Of a DNA stretch of 64,000 bases, positions 1-15,889 are shown in pieces. The notes under the pieces were generated by a model, which ran no database searches, was not told the origin of the DNA, and saw only the letters and a list, made by a program, of their open reading frames with translations. Every line of letters begins with the position of its first letter. The stretch's first letter is position 1. This stretch comes from the human T2T-CHM13v2.0 reference genome, Homo sapiens. The stretch lies in assembly GCF_009914755.1 (NCBI RefSeq), contig NC_060925.1. The stretch is one strand, 5' to 3'. The translations under genes were made by a program, and so were the position numbers.

Positions 1-854
1 CAAACCTCAATTCTTGACTTCTGTGCACCTGCAGGCTCAACACCACATGGAAGCTGCCAAGCCTTGGGACCTCCAACCTCTGAAGCCACAGCACGAGCTG
101 TACCTTGACCCCTTTTAGTCATAGCTGGAGTGGCTGGGACACAGGGCACTAAGTACCTAGACTGCACACAGCAGAGGGACCCTGGGCCCAGCCCACAAAA
201 CCATTTTCTCCTCCTAAACCTCTGGGTGATGGGAGGGGCTGCCGTGAAGACCTCTGACATGCCTTGGAGACATTTTCCCCATTATCTTGGTGATTAACAT
301 TTGGCTTCTCATTACTTATGCAAATTTCTGCAGCCAGCTTGAATTTCTCCTCAAAAAATGGGATTTTATTTTCTATTGCATTGTCAGGCTGCAAATATTC
401 CAAGCTTTTGTTCTGTTTTCCTTTTAAAACTGAATGCCTTTAACAGCACCCAAATCACCTCTTGAATGCTTTGCTGCTTAGAAATTTCTTCCGCCAAATA
501 CCCTAAATCATCTCTCTCAAGTTCAAAGTTCCACAAATCTCTAGGGCAGGGGAAAAATGCCGCCAGTCTCTTTGCTAAAACATAACAAGAGTCACCTCTG
601 CTTCAGTTCCCAACAAGTTCCTCATCTCCATCTGAGACCACCTAAGTCTGGATTTCATTGTCCTTATCATTATCAGCATTTTGGTCAAAGCCATTCAACA
701 AGTCTCCAGGGAGTTCCAAACTTTCCCACATTTTCCTGTCTTCTTCTAAGCCCTCCAAACTGTTCCAACCTCTGCCTGTTACCCAGTTCCAAAGTCACTT
801 CCACATTTTCGGGTATCTTTTCAGCAGCACCCCACTCTACTGGTACCAATTTAC
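1..854 (-). mobile_element. THE1 (MaLR) internal sequence, truncated by the window start
   Basis: Resembles recalled THE1-int and abuts the LTR at 'ggtaccaatttac'. The ORFs here are remnants. Confidence 0.85.
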
Positions 855-1199
855 AATATTAGTCCATTTTCACACTGCTGATAAAGACACACCTGAGACT
901 GGGAAGAAAAAGAGGCTTAATGGACTTACAGTTCCACATGGCTGGGAGCGCCTCACAATCATGACGGAAGGCAAGGAGGAGCAAGTCACATCTTACGTGG
1001 ATGGCAGCAGGCACAGAGAGAGCTTATGCAGGGAAACTCCCCCTTATAGAACCATCAGATCTCATGAGACTTAGTCACTATCACAAGAACAGCATGGGAA
1101 AGATCTGCCCCCTGACTCAATTACCTCCCACCAGGTCCCTCCCACAACATGTGGGAATTCAAGATGAGATGTGAGTGGGGACACAGCCAAACCATATCA
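855..1199 (-). mobile_element. THE1-family 5' LTR (ERVL-MaLR)
   Basis: Reverse complement begins TGATATGGTTTGGCTGTGTCCCCAC, the canonical THE1 LTR start; ~345 bp. Confidence 0.9.
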
Positions 1200-4100
1200 T
1201 GAGGCAAGCACAAATGCCATGTGAAACCTGCTATTCTTCTGTAGACACTTGTGTCCAGCCAGAATCAGCTTCAAAAGAATAGCATAGATTTGAAAAAGGG
1301 CAGCAGTCAGTCTTGGGACATTAGAACATGGGGAATTAACTGGCCTTGAGTGAAAGGGACCACAGGGGGAGGTTTGGAGCTGACTTATGAATATGGATCC
1401 TGTTTCAGCACCTACTGTTGTTAAAGCCCCGTTTCTGTCCCAGAGAACCACCCTGGGCTCGATTCCCTGCACCCTAATGTAGCTCTGTTTTTCATCTGTG
1501 TGTCTACTTCAAGTTAGACTCAAAAGTAGAGCAATTATATGACATTATGTTCAAGGCAAAAAGTGACAGAGCAGGCTTCATGTTGCATACAAATGTTGGC
1601 AGCTATTGCAAAATCCTCACCGCATATCCTATGGTAATCACTTCCTTAAAGTAAGCAGGAAATAGGTTAGTAGTAGGCTGCTTCACCAGGAGTCATTTCA
1701 AATGTATTGTCACCTAAGGTATAACTTCCCAAAGATGGAAAGAGATAAAGCCACTGAGTCTGCCCTCTTTATCCATCTACAGCCACCAAGGTAATTACAG
1801 TTTTTAAAAACGCTACTCATAGTTCATTGCTTTCATATCTAAAGTTAAGAGATCTAAAAGTTCCCCCACATCCCCACTTAGCAGTCATGACTAAGGTGAA
1901 AAAAGCCACCAGTATCATCCTGGTCTCTCTTATCAGCAGTTTAGAAAGTACTACAATTTTCCCATCTGACTCACATCTAAATGACTCGCATCTAAAATGT
2001 TTTTCCTTAATTTTCCTTCCGTAAAGAGTTCATTTAAACTCTAATACTGTTGCTTTTCAAAAATTTCTAAAGAAAGAAGCATCTTGGAACAATGTATTAA
2101 CTTCTGCATCAACTTTTATTTCATATAATAATTTTATATAATTTTTTAAAGGCAGATGTGTGTTTACTTTGAGAAGTAAAAATGTTAACATTGAAACTGA
2201 AAGCCTGTTTCAGTTTTAAGGTACTTAATTGCCTTACAGCATATAATAAACCGAGGCCATCTTGTCCTTCAACTAATGGAGGGAGTGATAAAGAGATAGG
2301 AGCCCGGGACCCTATTCATTCCAGTTTTCCTTTGTACTTGGTTTACTTTGGCACCATGCCTCATGTGTATTTTACACTTCTTTACATTTTGTACATCCCT
2401 GTATGACAAATACTTGTCAAACAAAAACTAAACAGATTTATAACCCCTTAACTTGAAATGAGCCAAAATTGAACTGCCAAAACTTTATGACTTCATTTTC
2501 TTTCATAGTTTTCCACCACATTGGTTCAAACAGACAAACTCCACTTGAGGTCAAGCAGAGGTCATTTCACTTTCATTACTAAAATATAATTTACAATATG
2601 CCAGACCTAAACAAGTTTAGCCTAAAGGGTTTGTATAATGTAAACCATCTGTTCCTCAACAATACAGCTAATTTCCTGCCATCACCGTACAGTCTACTGA
2701 CTGCTTCTTTAAGGGTTTTTATGATTTTTTAACTAGTTCAGGATTTATGTAAAATTTGAAAATGAGTCTATAGTTAGGATTCATTTGTACCAAGTAACTT
2801 GAGCACCTTAAAAATGCAAATCACTGTGGAAATTGTTCCCCTGAAACCAAGCTAGGAGCATTTTTTTTCTGGGCACTTCTTTGCTGGCAGCTGCACAGGT
2901 GTTCGAAGGGAAGATTTTGTGGACTCTGCCATTTTAGATGCTTTCCATGCCTCTTTGCAAAGCAAACCCCCCAAATTTAGTTTTCAGTAGCTCTAGTAAA
3001 TGACTCCTTGGAGAAGACTTGGGATTATATGCTATATGGCCCACTGGATATTGGTGAGATAGGACAAGATACACTTTGGGGTAAAATCTACTTTCTTTCA
3101 TGTGTCTGAACAGGGAGGAAGAACAATTATAATTCCATAGAGTGACCACATACTGAAGGCTAACCTAGCTCTGTGAGGTGGCAGGCCTCTCAGGCTGAGC
3201 CTCCAGAGACATTCGGCTTCAATCTGGGATCGCTGGCCAGCAGGCTTCTCTGGTTTCAAACAGAATGCTGGGGCCGAAAAACAGAGAGCCTTGGAGTTGC
3301 AAGTGTGGCTCTTTCGGCTCTCCTGAAAATTCTTGATACTTTCTTTAGCCCCTTTCTCCATCTGTAAAATAGCAAAATTAGGCGTTCTGTTTCCAAAGGC
3401 AAGTATATGAGAACAAATTTGCTTACCTCAGTGGAGGGGAATGCAGCTGGCCTTCTTAGCCACGAAGCCCCAAGGCCATGTGTAGGGCTGATGCCAAGGT
3501 CCTGTCCACCTCTTCCTCTTTTCCCACCTCCAGAAGTTTGGCTGGCTTGCTTCCTTTACCCATCTGCTACCATCCACTCTTCCACACGAGTTCTTGTTGC
3601 CTTCACCTTCATTCACATCTCAGAGGAGCCAGCTACAGGCCACTCAACTTCTCACCCACCCTCAAGCTCCAAAACAAATTCCCTGTCATTTTTAAAGGAT
3701 TTTTTTTTTTTAACTAGCAACTACAGGAGAACAGAGAAAGATTAACAGGAAGAAAGTTAAACACTCTGCAACTACTTAAGGCTTAAATGGATCTAAATCA
3801 TTTGCATTACTTTACTTCCTGGATGACTTTCCTAATAAGGATAATAAGAATGATTTAAAGGGCACTTATTAGGTGGGAATTACGTTCATACATCGTTGTA
3901 TTTAATTCCTACTGCAACAGCTCAAGCTAGATAGTACATTAGTTCATAGATATGGAAACAGAGGTTCAGAAAAGTTAAGAAATTCACCCAAGGTCAGTGA
4001 TTAATATTATAAGACCTATGCCACAGGATCATGGTGTTAAATAAGTTAATATTTGCTAAGTGCTTAGAACATTATCTGGCACAAAGTAAGTGCTATGTAA

Positions 4101-6039
4101 GTATTAACTATTATTCATAAAAAGCAGCAGATTCAAGATGCAAACCCAGATTTATAGGAGTCCAAAGCTCACTTAGTTTGAATTATGCCATACTGCCTAT
4201 GGATACTTTTCAAGCAGTGAAGGAGGAGAGGGTATTGGGTTTCTAACTCCTCATTATACCAGCCTAATATTCCATGAGTTTACTTCCTAATTCCCATTTT
4301 CCACAAAGAAGTTTTAGTACTCAGTCCCTTAAAGTTCTCTGTCTCCAAAAGCGTAGAGATCTTATTTTTGTCAAAAAGTAAGTGATGTCTACTTTGCCAT
4401 TCAAGGGACCTTCACCTAAACTGGATTTATTTACATCATTAGGAAAAGTTCTGATGGAAATCTCCAATCTTAATGTCATGCAGGAAAAATTCACCTTGAG
4501 TTACTCTTGCCAGCAAAAGTAAAATCATCTGAGTGCTACAAGACAAAAAAAGTAGGGTTGGCTCAACTGGTTACCTTTCTCATCACCCACACCTTGCTCT
4601 CTCAAAGGAATTCTACAAGCTCCCACAAGAATACAGACCCTAAAAGCAAAAGGAAAAATGGTGGATGGACTTACAATTGCAAAAGATATTTCCTAGTTCA
4701 GTAAGATGGGAAGATTCGCCTATTGTTTTTTTTTTTTTTAAAAAAATAGTTATTTAATTTAAAAAAATAGTAATTTAATAAATTAAATAGTTATTTAATT
4801 TAATATATTCACCTGGTTGAAAAATTTTAAAGCATAGAAAAGCAGAACCTCTGCCCCCCTTTTTCTAGTTTCTACTTCCATACCCCCAATAATCACTGCT
4901 ATCTATTTCCCAAGTATCCTTTCGTAGTTTCTTTATGCTTATACAAAGAAATATGTTTCATGTGTTCTTTTTCTCCTTCTCTCTTACACAAAAGCAGCAT
5001 CCAGCATTAACTGTTCTGTTGCTTTTTATTTTTAGCTGAGCAAAGGATTTTGCAGACCTTCCCATACCAGTACATACGAAACGTCCTCATTCTTTTTTTT
5101 CAAATGTGGAATATTCTATTTACTAGCTCCACTGTAATTGATTTAATATATTCTCTATAGGGACATGGAGGTCATTGATAATATTTTGCTATTACAAACA
5201 ATACTATATTGAATAGAACTAGATCAATAAGATTTAATTTACTGAAAGTTTAAAGCAACAAATTACCATTACTTTCAGCACAAGTAAACTTTCTAAAACT
5301 CATTTCCAAATATAAACCTCACAAAATCTGCTTTGATGAACAAATAAGACCAATTTATAATGAGACAGTTTATTTGCATAGAATAATTAATGTTCCAAAA
5401 TCCCCAATCCCAATTTGTCCTTTTAAGTGAGTATTTTGCTGCAAGTTTATTTACACTTACAATTAGGTTAGTGGGCATTTTGCCCTGGAAAATATCAGCC
5501 TAGAACAAATCTAATCATCATGAATTCTAAATTAGTAGAGTTTGGATAAGAGAACTTTTTTACCAAATTATCTAAACTGTTGTTTTAAACTCTGTACAGA
5601 GAGCTCTGGATTTCATATGTATTTCAACATTGTCAGTTTCAGTTAGAATTTTCAGGGTAGTATTCTTTTTTAAAAAATAAGGATTTGAAGGATGGGGATT
5701 ATTTGAAAAATCAGTTGTACGTAAAATGCATTGTTTTTATTACTTTCTTTTCTAACAAATTAAATGAAACATCAGACTAAATTTGAGGTACATTTTAAAA
5801 TAGTAAAAACATATAACATTATAGACATTTACTTGCCAAGATCAAATGTCATGATTCAATACTTATTTTCATTGTGAGCTAATGCCTTCACCTGTCTGTC
5901 TTAAGGTCAATTAATAAACAACCCACTTGCGAAGACCTAGGGATATACGTTGGTATGAAGGGCAGTGCTTCCAATAAGATTTCCCTTGAAATCTCGTTGT
6001 GAGGACAAAATACATGCATAAAAAGAACAGAAACATCAA

Positions 6040-6320
6040 GTTGATAATAATAACAAAAAGTTAAATAGTACTTACCATGGGCCAGACATAGGTCTGAGTG
6101 CTTTACAAACATTAACTCATAGGTCTGAGTGCTTTACAAACATTAACTCATTAAAAGTTTGCAATAACATGGTAAGTACAATTATTATCATCCCATTTTA
6201 TAGATGAAGGAATTGAGGCACAAAGTTAAATGTTGTATCTGGGGTCACACAGCTGGTAAGTGGAGAAGGCAGGATTCCAACTCAGACTGGCTATGGAGGC
6301 CACTTGTGTAACCAGCCACC
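6040..6320 (-). mobile_element. MIR SINE fragment containing a 31-bp tandem duplication
   Basis: MIR core 'attattatcatcccattttatagatgaaggaattgaggca...gtcacacagctggtaagtgg'. Boundaries approximate. Confidence 0.75.
6087..6151. repeat. Perfect 2 x 31-bp tandem duplication
   Basis: cataggtctgagtgctttacaaacattaact at 6087-6117 and 6118-6148, followed by 'cat'. Confidence 0.95.
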
Positions 6321-6744
6321 ACACTGCTTTGTGTATGTGGTGGCATTCACAGTAAAGGCAAAAGAGTCTAGCAAAGAAATGACCATAGTGGTCAGGGAAG
6401 GTTTTGCGGGAAGTGGGGCCTGAAACAGGCTTTTTAGAAAACAAAGGATTTAATCAATGGAGAAGACCGCATTTCAGACCTTCCCATCTCTATTGTGAGT
6501 ACTTCAGAAGGACAATCTTTTGTTTTGGTTTCTCTTTTAGCACAATAAATATTCGAAGAATGGCAGAACATTGGAGGAACAAAAGTATTAGGCAAGAATG
6601 TAAATGGTTTCAGGAGTGGACATTGAGAAAACCTATTTAACTAAAGTGATGCCATCACACAGAGAAGTAGCAAGGGATCATGTCAGGAAAGTGAGTTAGG
6701 ACCAGATTACAAATGCTCTGAGTACCAGGCTGTAGCCTCTGTGG

Positions 6745-6905
6745 TAGTGCTTCTGACACCCTAATCTTCACAGAAACCACTGGGGTCTTGTTAAATGCAC
6801 ATGCAGATTCAGTAGGTCTGAGGTGGGCCCAAGAGTCTGCATTTGCAGTAAGTTTGGGTGATGCTGATGTTGCTGGTCCCCAGACCACAGTTTGAGTACC
6901 AAGAC
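6745..6905. mobile_element. MER5A (hAT-Charlie) fossil
   Basis: 'gattcagtaggtctgaggtgggcccaagagtctgcattt...gatgctgatgttgctggtccccagaccacagtttgagt' is typical of MER5A. Boundaries approximate. Confidence 0.75.
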
Positions 6906-7150
6906 TCTAGACAACAGCAAAAAACCATTTTGTGGCTGGGTTGAGGGAAAGGGATAGGGTAGTGATGGAAAGTTGTCTATGGCACCTCCCCTGAGTTGCA
7001 GCCAACGATTTGAAAGATATATAGACCTACAATATTTTATTGAATTTGTTTATAGAACCTTTTTCTATATGCCCCGTCCCTCCTTTCGGATGCAAAGCTG
7101 TCTTGCCTGAAGATATGTTTTAAACCACGTTTTTCCTCTCTTTCATACAG

Positions 7151-8578
7151 AGCAAGGCTAAAGAGCTACCTCTTTCTGCTGTACGCTTTATGGAAGAATT
7201 GGGTGAGTGTGCCTTTGGAAAAATCTATAAAGGCCATCTCTATCTCCCAGGCATGGACCATGCTCAGCTGGTTGCTATCAAGACCTTGAAAGACTATAAC
7301 AACCCCCAGCAATGGACGGAATTTCAACAAGAAGCCTCCCTAATGGCAGAACTGCACCACCCCAATATTGTCTGCCTTCTAGGTGCCGTCACTCAGGAAC
7401 AACCTGTGTGCATGCTTTTTGAGTATATTAATCAGGGGGATCTCCATGAGTTCCTCATCATGAGATCCCCACACTCTGATGTTGGCTGCAGCAGTGATGA
7501 AGATGGGACTGTGAAATCCAGCCTGGACCACGGAGATTTTCTGCACATTGCAATTCAGATTGCAGCTGGCATGGAATACCTGTCTAGTCACTTCTTTGTC
7601 CACAAGGACCTTGCAGCTCGCAATATTTTAATCGGAGAGCAACTTCATGTAAAGATTTCAGACTTGGGGCTTTCCAGAGAAATTTACTCCGCTGATTACT
7701 ACAGGGTCCAGAGTAAGTCCTTGCTGCCCATTCGCTGGATGCCCCCTGAAGCCATCATGTATGGCAAATTCTCTTCTGATTCAGATATCTGGTCCTTTGG
7801 GGTTGTCTTGTGGGAGATTTTCAGTTTTGGACTCCAGCCATATTATGGATTCAGTAACCAGGAAGTGATTGAGATGGTGAGAAAACGGCAGCTCTTACCA
7901 TGCTCTGAAGACTGCCCACCCAGAATGTACAGCCTCATGACAGAGTGCTGGAATGAGATTCCTTCTAGGAGACCAAGATTTAAAGATATTCACGTCCGGC
8001 TTCGGTCCTGGGAGGGACTCTCAAGTCACACAAGCTCTACTACTCCTTCAGGGGGAAATGCCACCACACAGACAACCTCCCTCAGTGCCAGCCCAGTGAG
8101 TAATCTCAGTAACCCCAGATATCCTAATTACATGTTCCCGAGCCAGGGTATTACACCACAGGGCCAGATTGCTGGTTTCATTGGCCCGCCAATACCTCAG
8201 AACCAGCGATTCATTCCCATCAATGGATACCCAATACCTCCTGGATATGCAGCGTTTCCAGCTGCCCACTACCAGCCAACAGGTCCTCCCAGAGTGATTC
8301 AGCACTGCCCACCTCCCAAGAGTCGGTCCCCAAGCAGTGCCAGTGGGTCGACTAGCACTGGCCATGTGACTAGCTTGCCCTCATCAGGATCCAATCAGGA
8401 AGCAAATATTCCTTTACTACCACACATGTCAATTCCAAATCATCCTGGTGGAATGGGTATCACCGTTTTTGGCAACAAATCTCAAAAACCCTACAAAATT
8501 GACTCAAAGCAAGCATCTTTACTAGGAGACGCCAATATTCATGGACACACCGAATCTATGATTTCTGCAGAACTGTAA
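7151..8578 (+). CDS. ROR1: ROR1 last coding exon: tyrosine pseudokinase domain plus Ser/Thr- and Pro-rich tail
   Basis: Acceptor tttcatacAG at 7149-7150. Reads [28 protein letters not shown]...HKDLAARN...DLGLSR...MISAEL*, matching recalled human ROR1 residues ~463-937; TAA ends at 8578. Confidence 0.98.
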   Translation, partial: SKAKELPLSAVRFMEELGECAFGKIYKGHLYLPGMDHAQLVAIKTLKDYNNPQQWTEFQQEASLMAELHHPNIVCLLGAVTQEQPVCMLFEYINQGDLHEFLIMRSPHSDVGCSSDEDGTVKSSLDHGDFLHIAIQIAAGMEYLSSHFFVHKDLAARNILIGEQLHVKISDLGLSREIYSADYYRVQSKSLLPIRWMPPEAIMYGKFSSDSDIWSFGVVLWEIFSFGLQPYYGFSNQEVIEMVRKRQLLPCSEDCPPRMYSLMTECWNEIPSRRPRFKDIHVRLRSWEGLSSHTSSTTPSGGNATTQTTSLSASPVSNLSNPRYPNYMFPSQGITPQGQIAGFIGPPIPQNQRFIPINGYPIPPGYAAFPAAHYQPTGPPRVIQHCPPPKSRSPSSASGSTSTGHVTSLPSSGSNQEANIPLLPHMSIPNHPGGMGITVFGNKSQKPYKIDSKQASLLGDANIHGHTESMISAEL

Positions 8579-11220
8579 AATGCACAACTTTTGTAAATGT
8601 GGTATACAGGACAAACTAGACGGCCGTAGAAAAGATTTATATTCAAATGTTTTTATTAAAGTAAGGTTCTCATTTAGCAGACATCGCAACAAGTACCTTC
8701 TGTGAAGTTTCACTGTGTCTTACCAAGCAGGACAGACACTCGGCCAGAAAAAAAAAAAACAAAAAAAACAAGCAAACAAAAACATTGTGGGATGTGCACT
8801 CCATTGGAGTGCATGACATGGCATTGGGATTGGAACATGTGGTTTCGAGCACTGAAAGCTGCAAACCAGTGAAGAGGAAAAGAACCTTGTGATTAAATAT
8901 AAAACCAAAAGTCAAATGGTGCTTTGTGTTTTAGCCTTCAGTCACCATGACTGGTCTCTCCCCCAGATGTATATATACCATAGCATTTGTCTACCTGCTG
9001 TCTTTTCTTCAGGACAGATGTTCAGGAATTATATTGATTGAATTTAGACTCTGTGCATGTTCTTATGGAAATGATGTTCAGAATCCATGAAGAAACTTCA
9101 GGCCAAATTTGAAACCCTGGAGGGAAATGAGCCATAAGGGAAGTATAACAAGCCCTGAAGCCTTTTATGTCGTTGTGCTTCTTTGGGAAGGTGTAGAGTG
9201 TGCCTTTTTGTGAATCCTCCTCTGATCATGAGGGTCTTTCCCACAGTTTCTCACAGTGTGTTTACACTGCCCTTGGAATAACACAGCGCATCAGACCATA
9301 AGAAGGCTAGATGTGGATGCTAGAATTGATTGTTGGTTGATAGTTCTCTTTGCTGGATTAGGAATGAGGCGCCAAAGGAAGCACAGCCAGGAAAATGGCC
9401 CCACAGCCTAGATCAGCATCTGTGGGAAAGGAAAAAGGGTTCCCATGGGGACAGCCCCCATAGGAGTTTTCTGGAACCAGTAACACTGAAAAATAAGTGT
9501 GTGGCTACAGATGAGCACGCCCACCCCTTGCAACTCCCTGTTTACAAGTTGTCCGAGGCATTGGAGTGCTTATGGTCAATGGGCTCTAGGGAAGTAGGAA
9601 ACTCCATCATGATACAAATGTCTAGTAATTTTAAAGTTTCTTTCCCTTTTTTTCTGTGCTGGAAATGTTCACAGATTTGATTCCCGCCCCAAGAATTACA
9701 ACAATGTATTCATACAGTCAGTTGGAATCCAAAGGCAATTAATTCTATTTTGCAAAATATGATGGTCTTCCTAAAAAACAAGTACTGAGTTCTCATTTCA
9801 AAAGTTACCAAGAACTGAATTCTTTAAACTAGCAAACCGAAGTAACATGACCATTTTTGCCTTAGTGGGAGGTTTCAAATGTGCAGCTCATGGCATTTAC
9901 CTGCCGACCATCTTTTGCCAAGTTTAGAATTCTTATGCGTTTCAAGTTCTATATAGAAAGTAATTTTACTTTTGATTTTTCTCTTGTTAAAAAAAAACTC
10001 CTTTATTCTAAGAACAATGTCTCAAAGTCTCATTTTTACTTTAAAGGTATAAGAGACTTCTAAAGAGACTTACGGGATATAAAAGTAATTCCTGGAAATG
10101 ATATTTGATGAGGAGAATGTAAGAGAATGAAAAACACATTGATGTTTTCATTTTTAAAAAATACAACTAGCATGAGAAATCAAGAAAATATGTTTACCAA
10201 AATGCATTGCAATTTTCCCAAACCTGAGTCTTCAAATAACAAACATGAACTTATAGGTACTGTGAACTAGAAGAATTGGTTATATCCAGATTTCTGGGAG
10301 ATAAATTAAAACATATTTTTGTGGCATAAATAAGCTGATTCAGAAGTTACATTTCTTAACTTTAGGTAGAGGAGAATATTTGTATCCTTTTGTTGCTATG
10401 CAACTGTTTAATGATGAAGCTTCAAACCACAATTTTGTATATCATATGACAATCAATTGTTTTCCAAGAATATTTATTATTTTAAGTACACAATTTCAGT
10501 GAATCTTGAGTTTTTCTAGGAGTCCCTTAAAGGGAAATTAGCATTCCATGAGCCAGTAAAATACCTACTCTGGTAAAACATTATTATGGTTAAAAAGTAA
10601 ATTCAAGTTAGTTTTTTATAAAGAACTATAACATTTATTTTAAACATTTTATAATAACTGAAGACATTAAAGTGAGCAAATGAAATTTCAAAACCACTTG
10701 TAATAATGTATTTTATAATCGCACTGTGATACTATATAACACAGTCTCTTTTGTATTAAAATAGTATTTTTTTCACAAGCTGAAAAATATCTTTTCCTTT
10801 GTTGACAATGTTTTGTAAGATGACTTTATTTTCAGATCTTTTTCTCCTTTTTTGCACAAAACTATGCTTATGGTTTGTGTCACAGAAGTGAAAATATATC
10901 TTTGCATTTTTATATCTGGTCTGTTTTTCTTGTTTCCTTTGTTTTTAACTTGATATAGATTTTCTTCAAATATATAATGGCAATTTTCAGATATCTCACC
11001 TTACCATATCTTTCCTTATTTTCACTGCATGCATTTAATCACTGTATTACTTAATGTTTGATTTGTTATTATGGGCATTTCAAATAGGCAAGCATTGAAT
11101 TGTAATGACAAAAAGGCTATTTTATATTAAGGATATATGCATTTGTATTTCACACACCAGAGATGATATTAAACACTGATTATTTTATGCTGCTGTTTAT
11201 TAAAAATGTTTACTATAAAA
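8579..11220 (+). other. ROR1: ROR1 3'UTR (long form)
   Basis: Repeat-poor, AU-rich region after the stop. ATTAAA at 8655-8660 (proximal), 11168-11173 and 11199-11204 (distal). The end position is inferred. Confidence 0.7.
11199..11204 (+). terminator. Probable distal ROR1 polyadenylation signal (ATTAAA)
   Basis: Variant hexamer at the end of the U-rich UTR, followed by U-rich sequence. Confidence 0.55.
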
Positions 11221-12168
11221 TATTATTTCCTGAATATTGCTGTCATAGAGGTATTTGGGGATTTTAACATTTACATTTTATAGAAAGAGGAATCACAATT
11301 CCTATTTGCTGTTATTTCATTAAATTTTTTTTTTTCAGTAGGCTTTTAAAACAGACTTGGGCATTATTTTGCTAGCAACCATAGGTGGAGAGGGGAATCC
11401 TAATGATTTCATAACTGAATACTATCCACCTATATATGGCAAGCTTTGAATTTTTAAAATCAAAATAATATATTGAATAGTTACAACCAATGGAATATAA
11501 AAAATATTTGATTTTAAGAATATAGTTGCATCATTTTCTGCCTTAATATTTCCATATAATCTTAGATATCAAAAGTCACCTCTTTGGACTCTAAAGAAGA
11601 AGAGGCTGTGTACATCTTATCATGCCCAACTTAGCTTCCAAACATATTGATAAAATAAATGGGGCCATTTAATTGTCACAACTTATCTTTATGACCTTAT
11701 TTGCCCAAAAGAAAGAGTTCCTCATCTGGCAATTAATACACATGGTCAAGGAAAATGAGTACCATAATGAAAGTTCAAAGAAGTTGTCCATATCTGCTAT
11801 TTAACACAGAAAGGAATACAATAAAACCTTTAGGGCCTTATCCATCTGTTTTAGGTACAGCTCTTGTCACCACCTCAACAATCAAACTCAATAAAGCAAT
11901 CCCTTCACATGGCAGTGAGATCCGTGTCAGGCTGGGTTTCTCCCTCTCACTTGAATTCCTCAGCCTGCCTTTTACCCCCATTTCCTTCTTTTATCTCCCA
12001 GCTCTTGACCCTCCTGCCATCCCCAATCCCTTCAACTCTGAGATTCCCTTAATTCCCTAATCACCAACATCTGCAAACTCCTAGCATCACCTTCCCATAA
12101 TGCCTACTACAATACTGAATAAAGAGGAGCTCTTTTATCCACACATCTTCTAAGATGATTACCTATCC

Positions 12169-12442
12169 CAGTACTTCTCAAAGTGTGGTTCCCAGAGCAA
12201 AGAAACAGCGGCACCCTGGAACTGGTTAGAAATGCAAATTATCAAGCCCTACTTTGAAGTACTAAATCAAGGGATCCACGGGAGATGCTAGGGGTGAAGT
12301 TCATCCTCTTAATTTAGACAGCATTTTTTTTTTCAGCTAATAGCTCAAATGCTAAAGAGGAAATCCTGGGGATGAGACCCAGAAATTTGTGTTTTAGCAA
12401 GCCTCACATGATTCTGATATACTCTAAAGATCAAGAACTGAC
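12169..12442. mobile_element. MER5A interrupted by a ~92-bp non-MER5A insert (12270-12362)
   Basis: MER5A-like halves 'cagtacttctcaaagtgtggt...actaaatca' and 'ctggggatgagacccag...gatcaagaactg' flank the insert. Confidence 0.7.
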
Positions 12443-12465
12443 TTAATTTAAAGGCACGGGGGTGA

Positions 12466-12785
<320 letters not shown>

Positions 12786-13885
12786 GATCATTACATTCTT
12801 AGTAATGTGCACGTAAGCATTTAATAACATTTTAGCCCCTTTATTCCCCTTTAAAGAAAATCAAGTTTTACTGTAAAATTCAGCACTAAAAGCTGTTTGT
12901 GTTAGCCATTTGACCATTAGCTATATTTTTTGAAGTTGTTCCCTTGGATAGAAAACTGACAACATGTAGTCTTTGTCAAGAAGATATTCCTCATCCAGTT
13001 CACCTGAGACCTAAATTCTTGGATAGTGGCCAAATGCTTTTTCCTTCATATGGACAAACTCAAAGAAGTTGGTCTCTTAGTACGCGTTTTTTTGACCCAT
13101 GAACTGATGATTGACAAAACAAAACAAAACAAAAATCCCTTCTATGTTGCAACTTAACAAAGATAAGGTCAAGGATAGGCTGGTCTTTGGGAGGAGGGAT
13201 AGGCTCAGCCCTAGTAAGCATCAAGCAGGAAGCTGCTGCAGGGGCTCCCCTCCCTCCCTTGCACTTCCTGTGATGCCCTGACCCAGCTGGCTGGATGCAG
13301 ACACCTGTGGCTTGTTCTGCTGTTTTCCTTGGCCAGCTGGAATCCATCATCAGTCCCTGGCTGGCCATGAGTGCTCTTCTGCCCGGACTTTGCTCTCCTC
13401 TGCCTTTAAAGGGCTGAAAGCTCTGAGGAAGGACAGAAAGAGGGATCCAAGGGAGGTTCTGGGGTGCAGTTCATACTCTTCTTAATTTATACGCATTTTT
13501 TTCAGCCAATAGCTCTAATGCTAAAGAGGAAGTGCCAGATTAGCGGAGAAAGAACAAGGGAGCACACACAAGAAAGGGTTTTTGCAGCCAAAATATGACT
13601 GCATTGAAGTTTGTTACCGTAAATGCCAATGGTAATAGGACGCTGTTAGCTCAAGAAAAGGAGAGTCTTACAAACCATCAAAGCACTCAAGGTCAATGTA
13701 ATCCTCTGGGAAATTAGGCTGGGAAGGCTTAAAAATATAGACATATAGAGGGAGAAGGTCTGCTGACATATTTATGACTAGTTGAATCTTAAGCACGTAT
13801 GAATTGCTTACTCACAAATGAGTACCATAACATTTGCTGACCGGGATTGGCAAGATACCTTACCAAATGACTATGTTAGTAAATA

Positions 13886-15266
<1,381 letters not shown>

Positions 15267-15889
15267 AACTGAATTCTTATCTAATAATGCTTAAGAGAAA
15301 GGCCCCTCTTTAAAATTAGATGGGACGTTACTTACACTTTGAAAAAGGACAGTATCTTGACATCCTGAAATAAAGATAATTCAGAGAATATTCAATTTGA
15401 AGGAAAGCAGTTTTAAATGTCAATCTTCATGGACTTGTGCTCCCAATTGTAAATCCAAACACACACAAAACAACAGAACTACCTACACAAAGCCATAGAT
15501 TAATGCTTAAGCTCTGCCCAACCGTACGGGCATACGGACCTTGCATCAGAAATAGGTCCAGGACAGACCTTATCCTATGGCAGGTGCTCCTTACCTACTG
15601 CAATCCTTGGGCATTAGAAAAAAATTAGTCTAGTTATCATTTGGGCCTATTTTAACACAATTCCCTGAAAGGCTTCTTTTGGGTCTACATGCATTAAAAT
15701 CACTTAAAAGGGACTGAAACTCCCTAATGGCATAACCTAGGTAGTTTACCAAGAGTCAGTCTAATCAGACTAAAACTAATATTCAGACAAAATGACAGTT
15801 TAGGACTTATTTTTCATTCCAGAGTTCACTGGAATTGACTTTAACTGATCGATTTCAAACAGATCAATTCCAAATTGGCCAATGTTGAT

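Noticed and set aside
149-1074. ORFs of 84-138 aa at the window start
   Set aside because: They lie within THE1 internal and LTR sequence.
4741-4805. AT-rich short direct repeats (aaatagttatttaattt)
   Set aside because: Low-complexity slippage product next to a T/A run; no sign of function.
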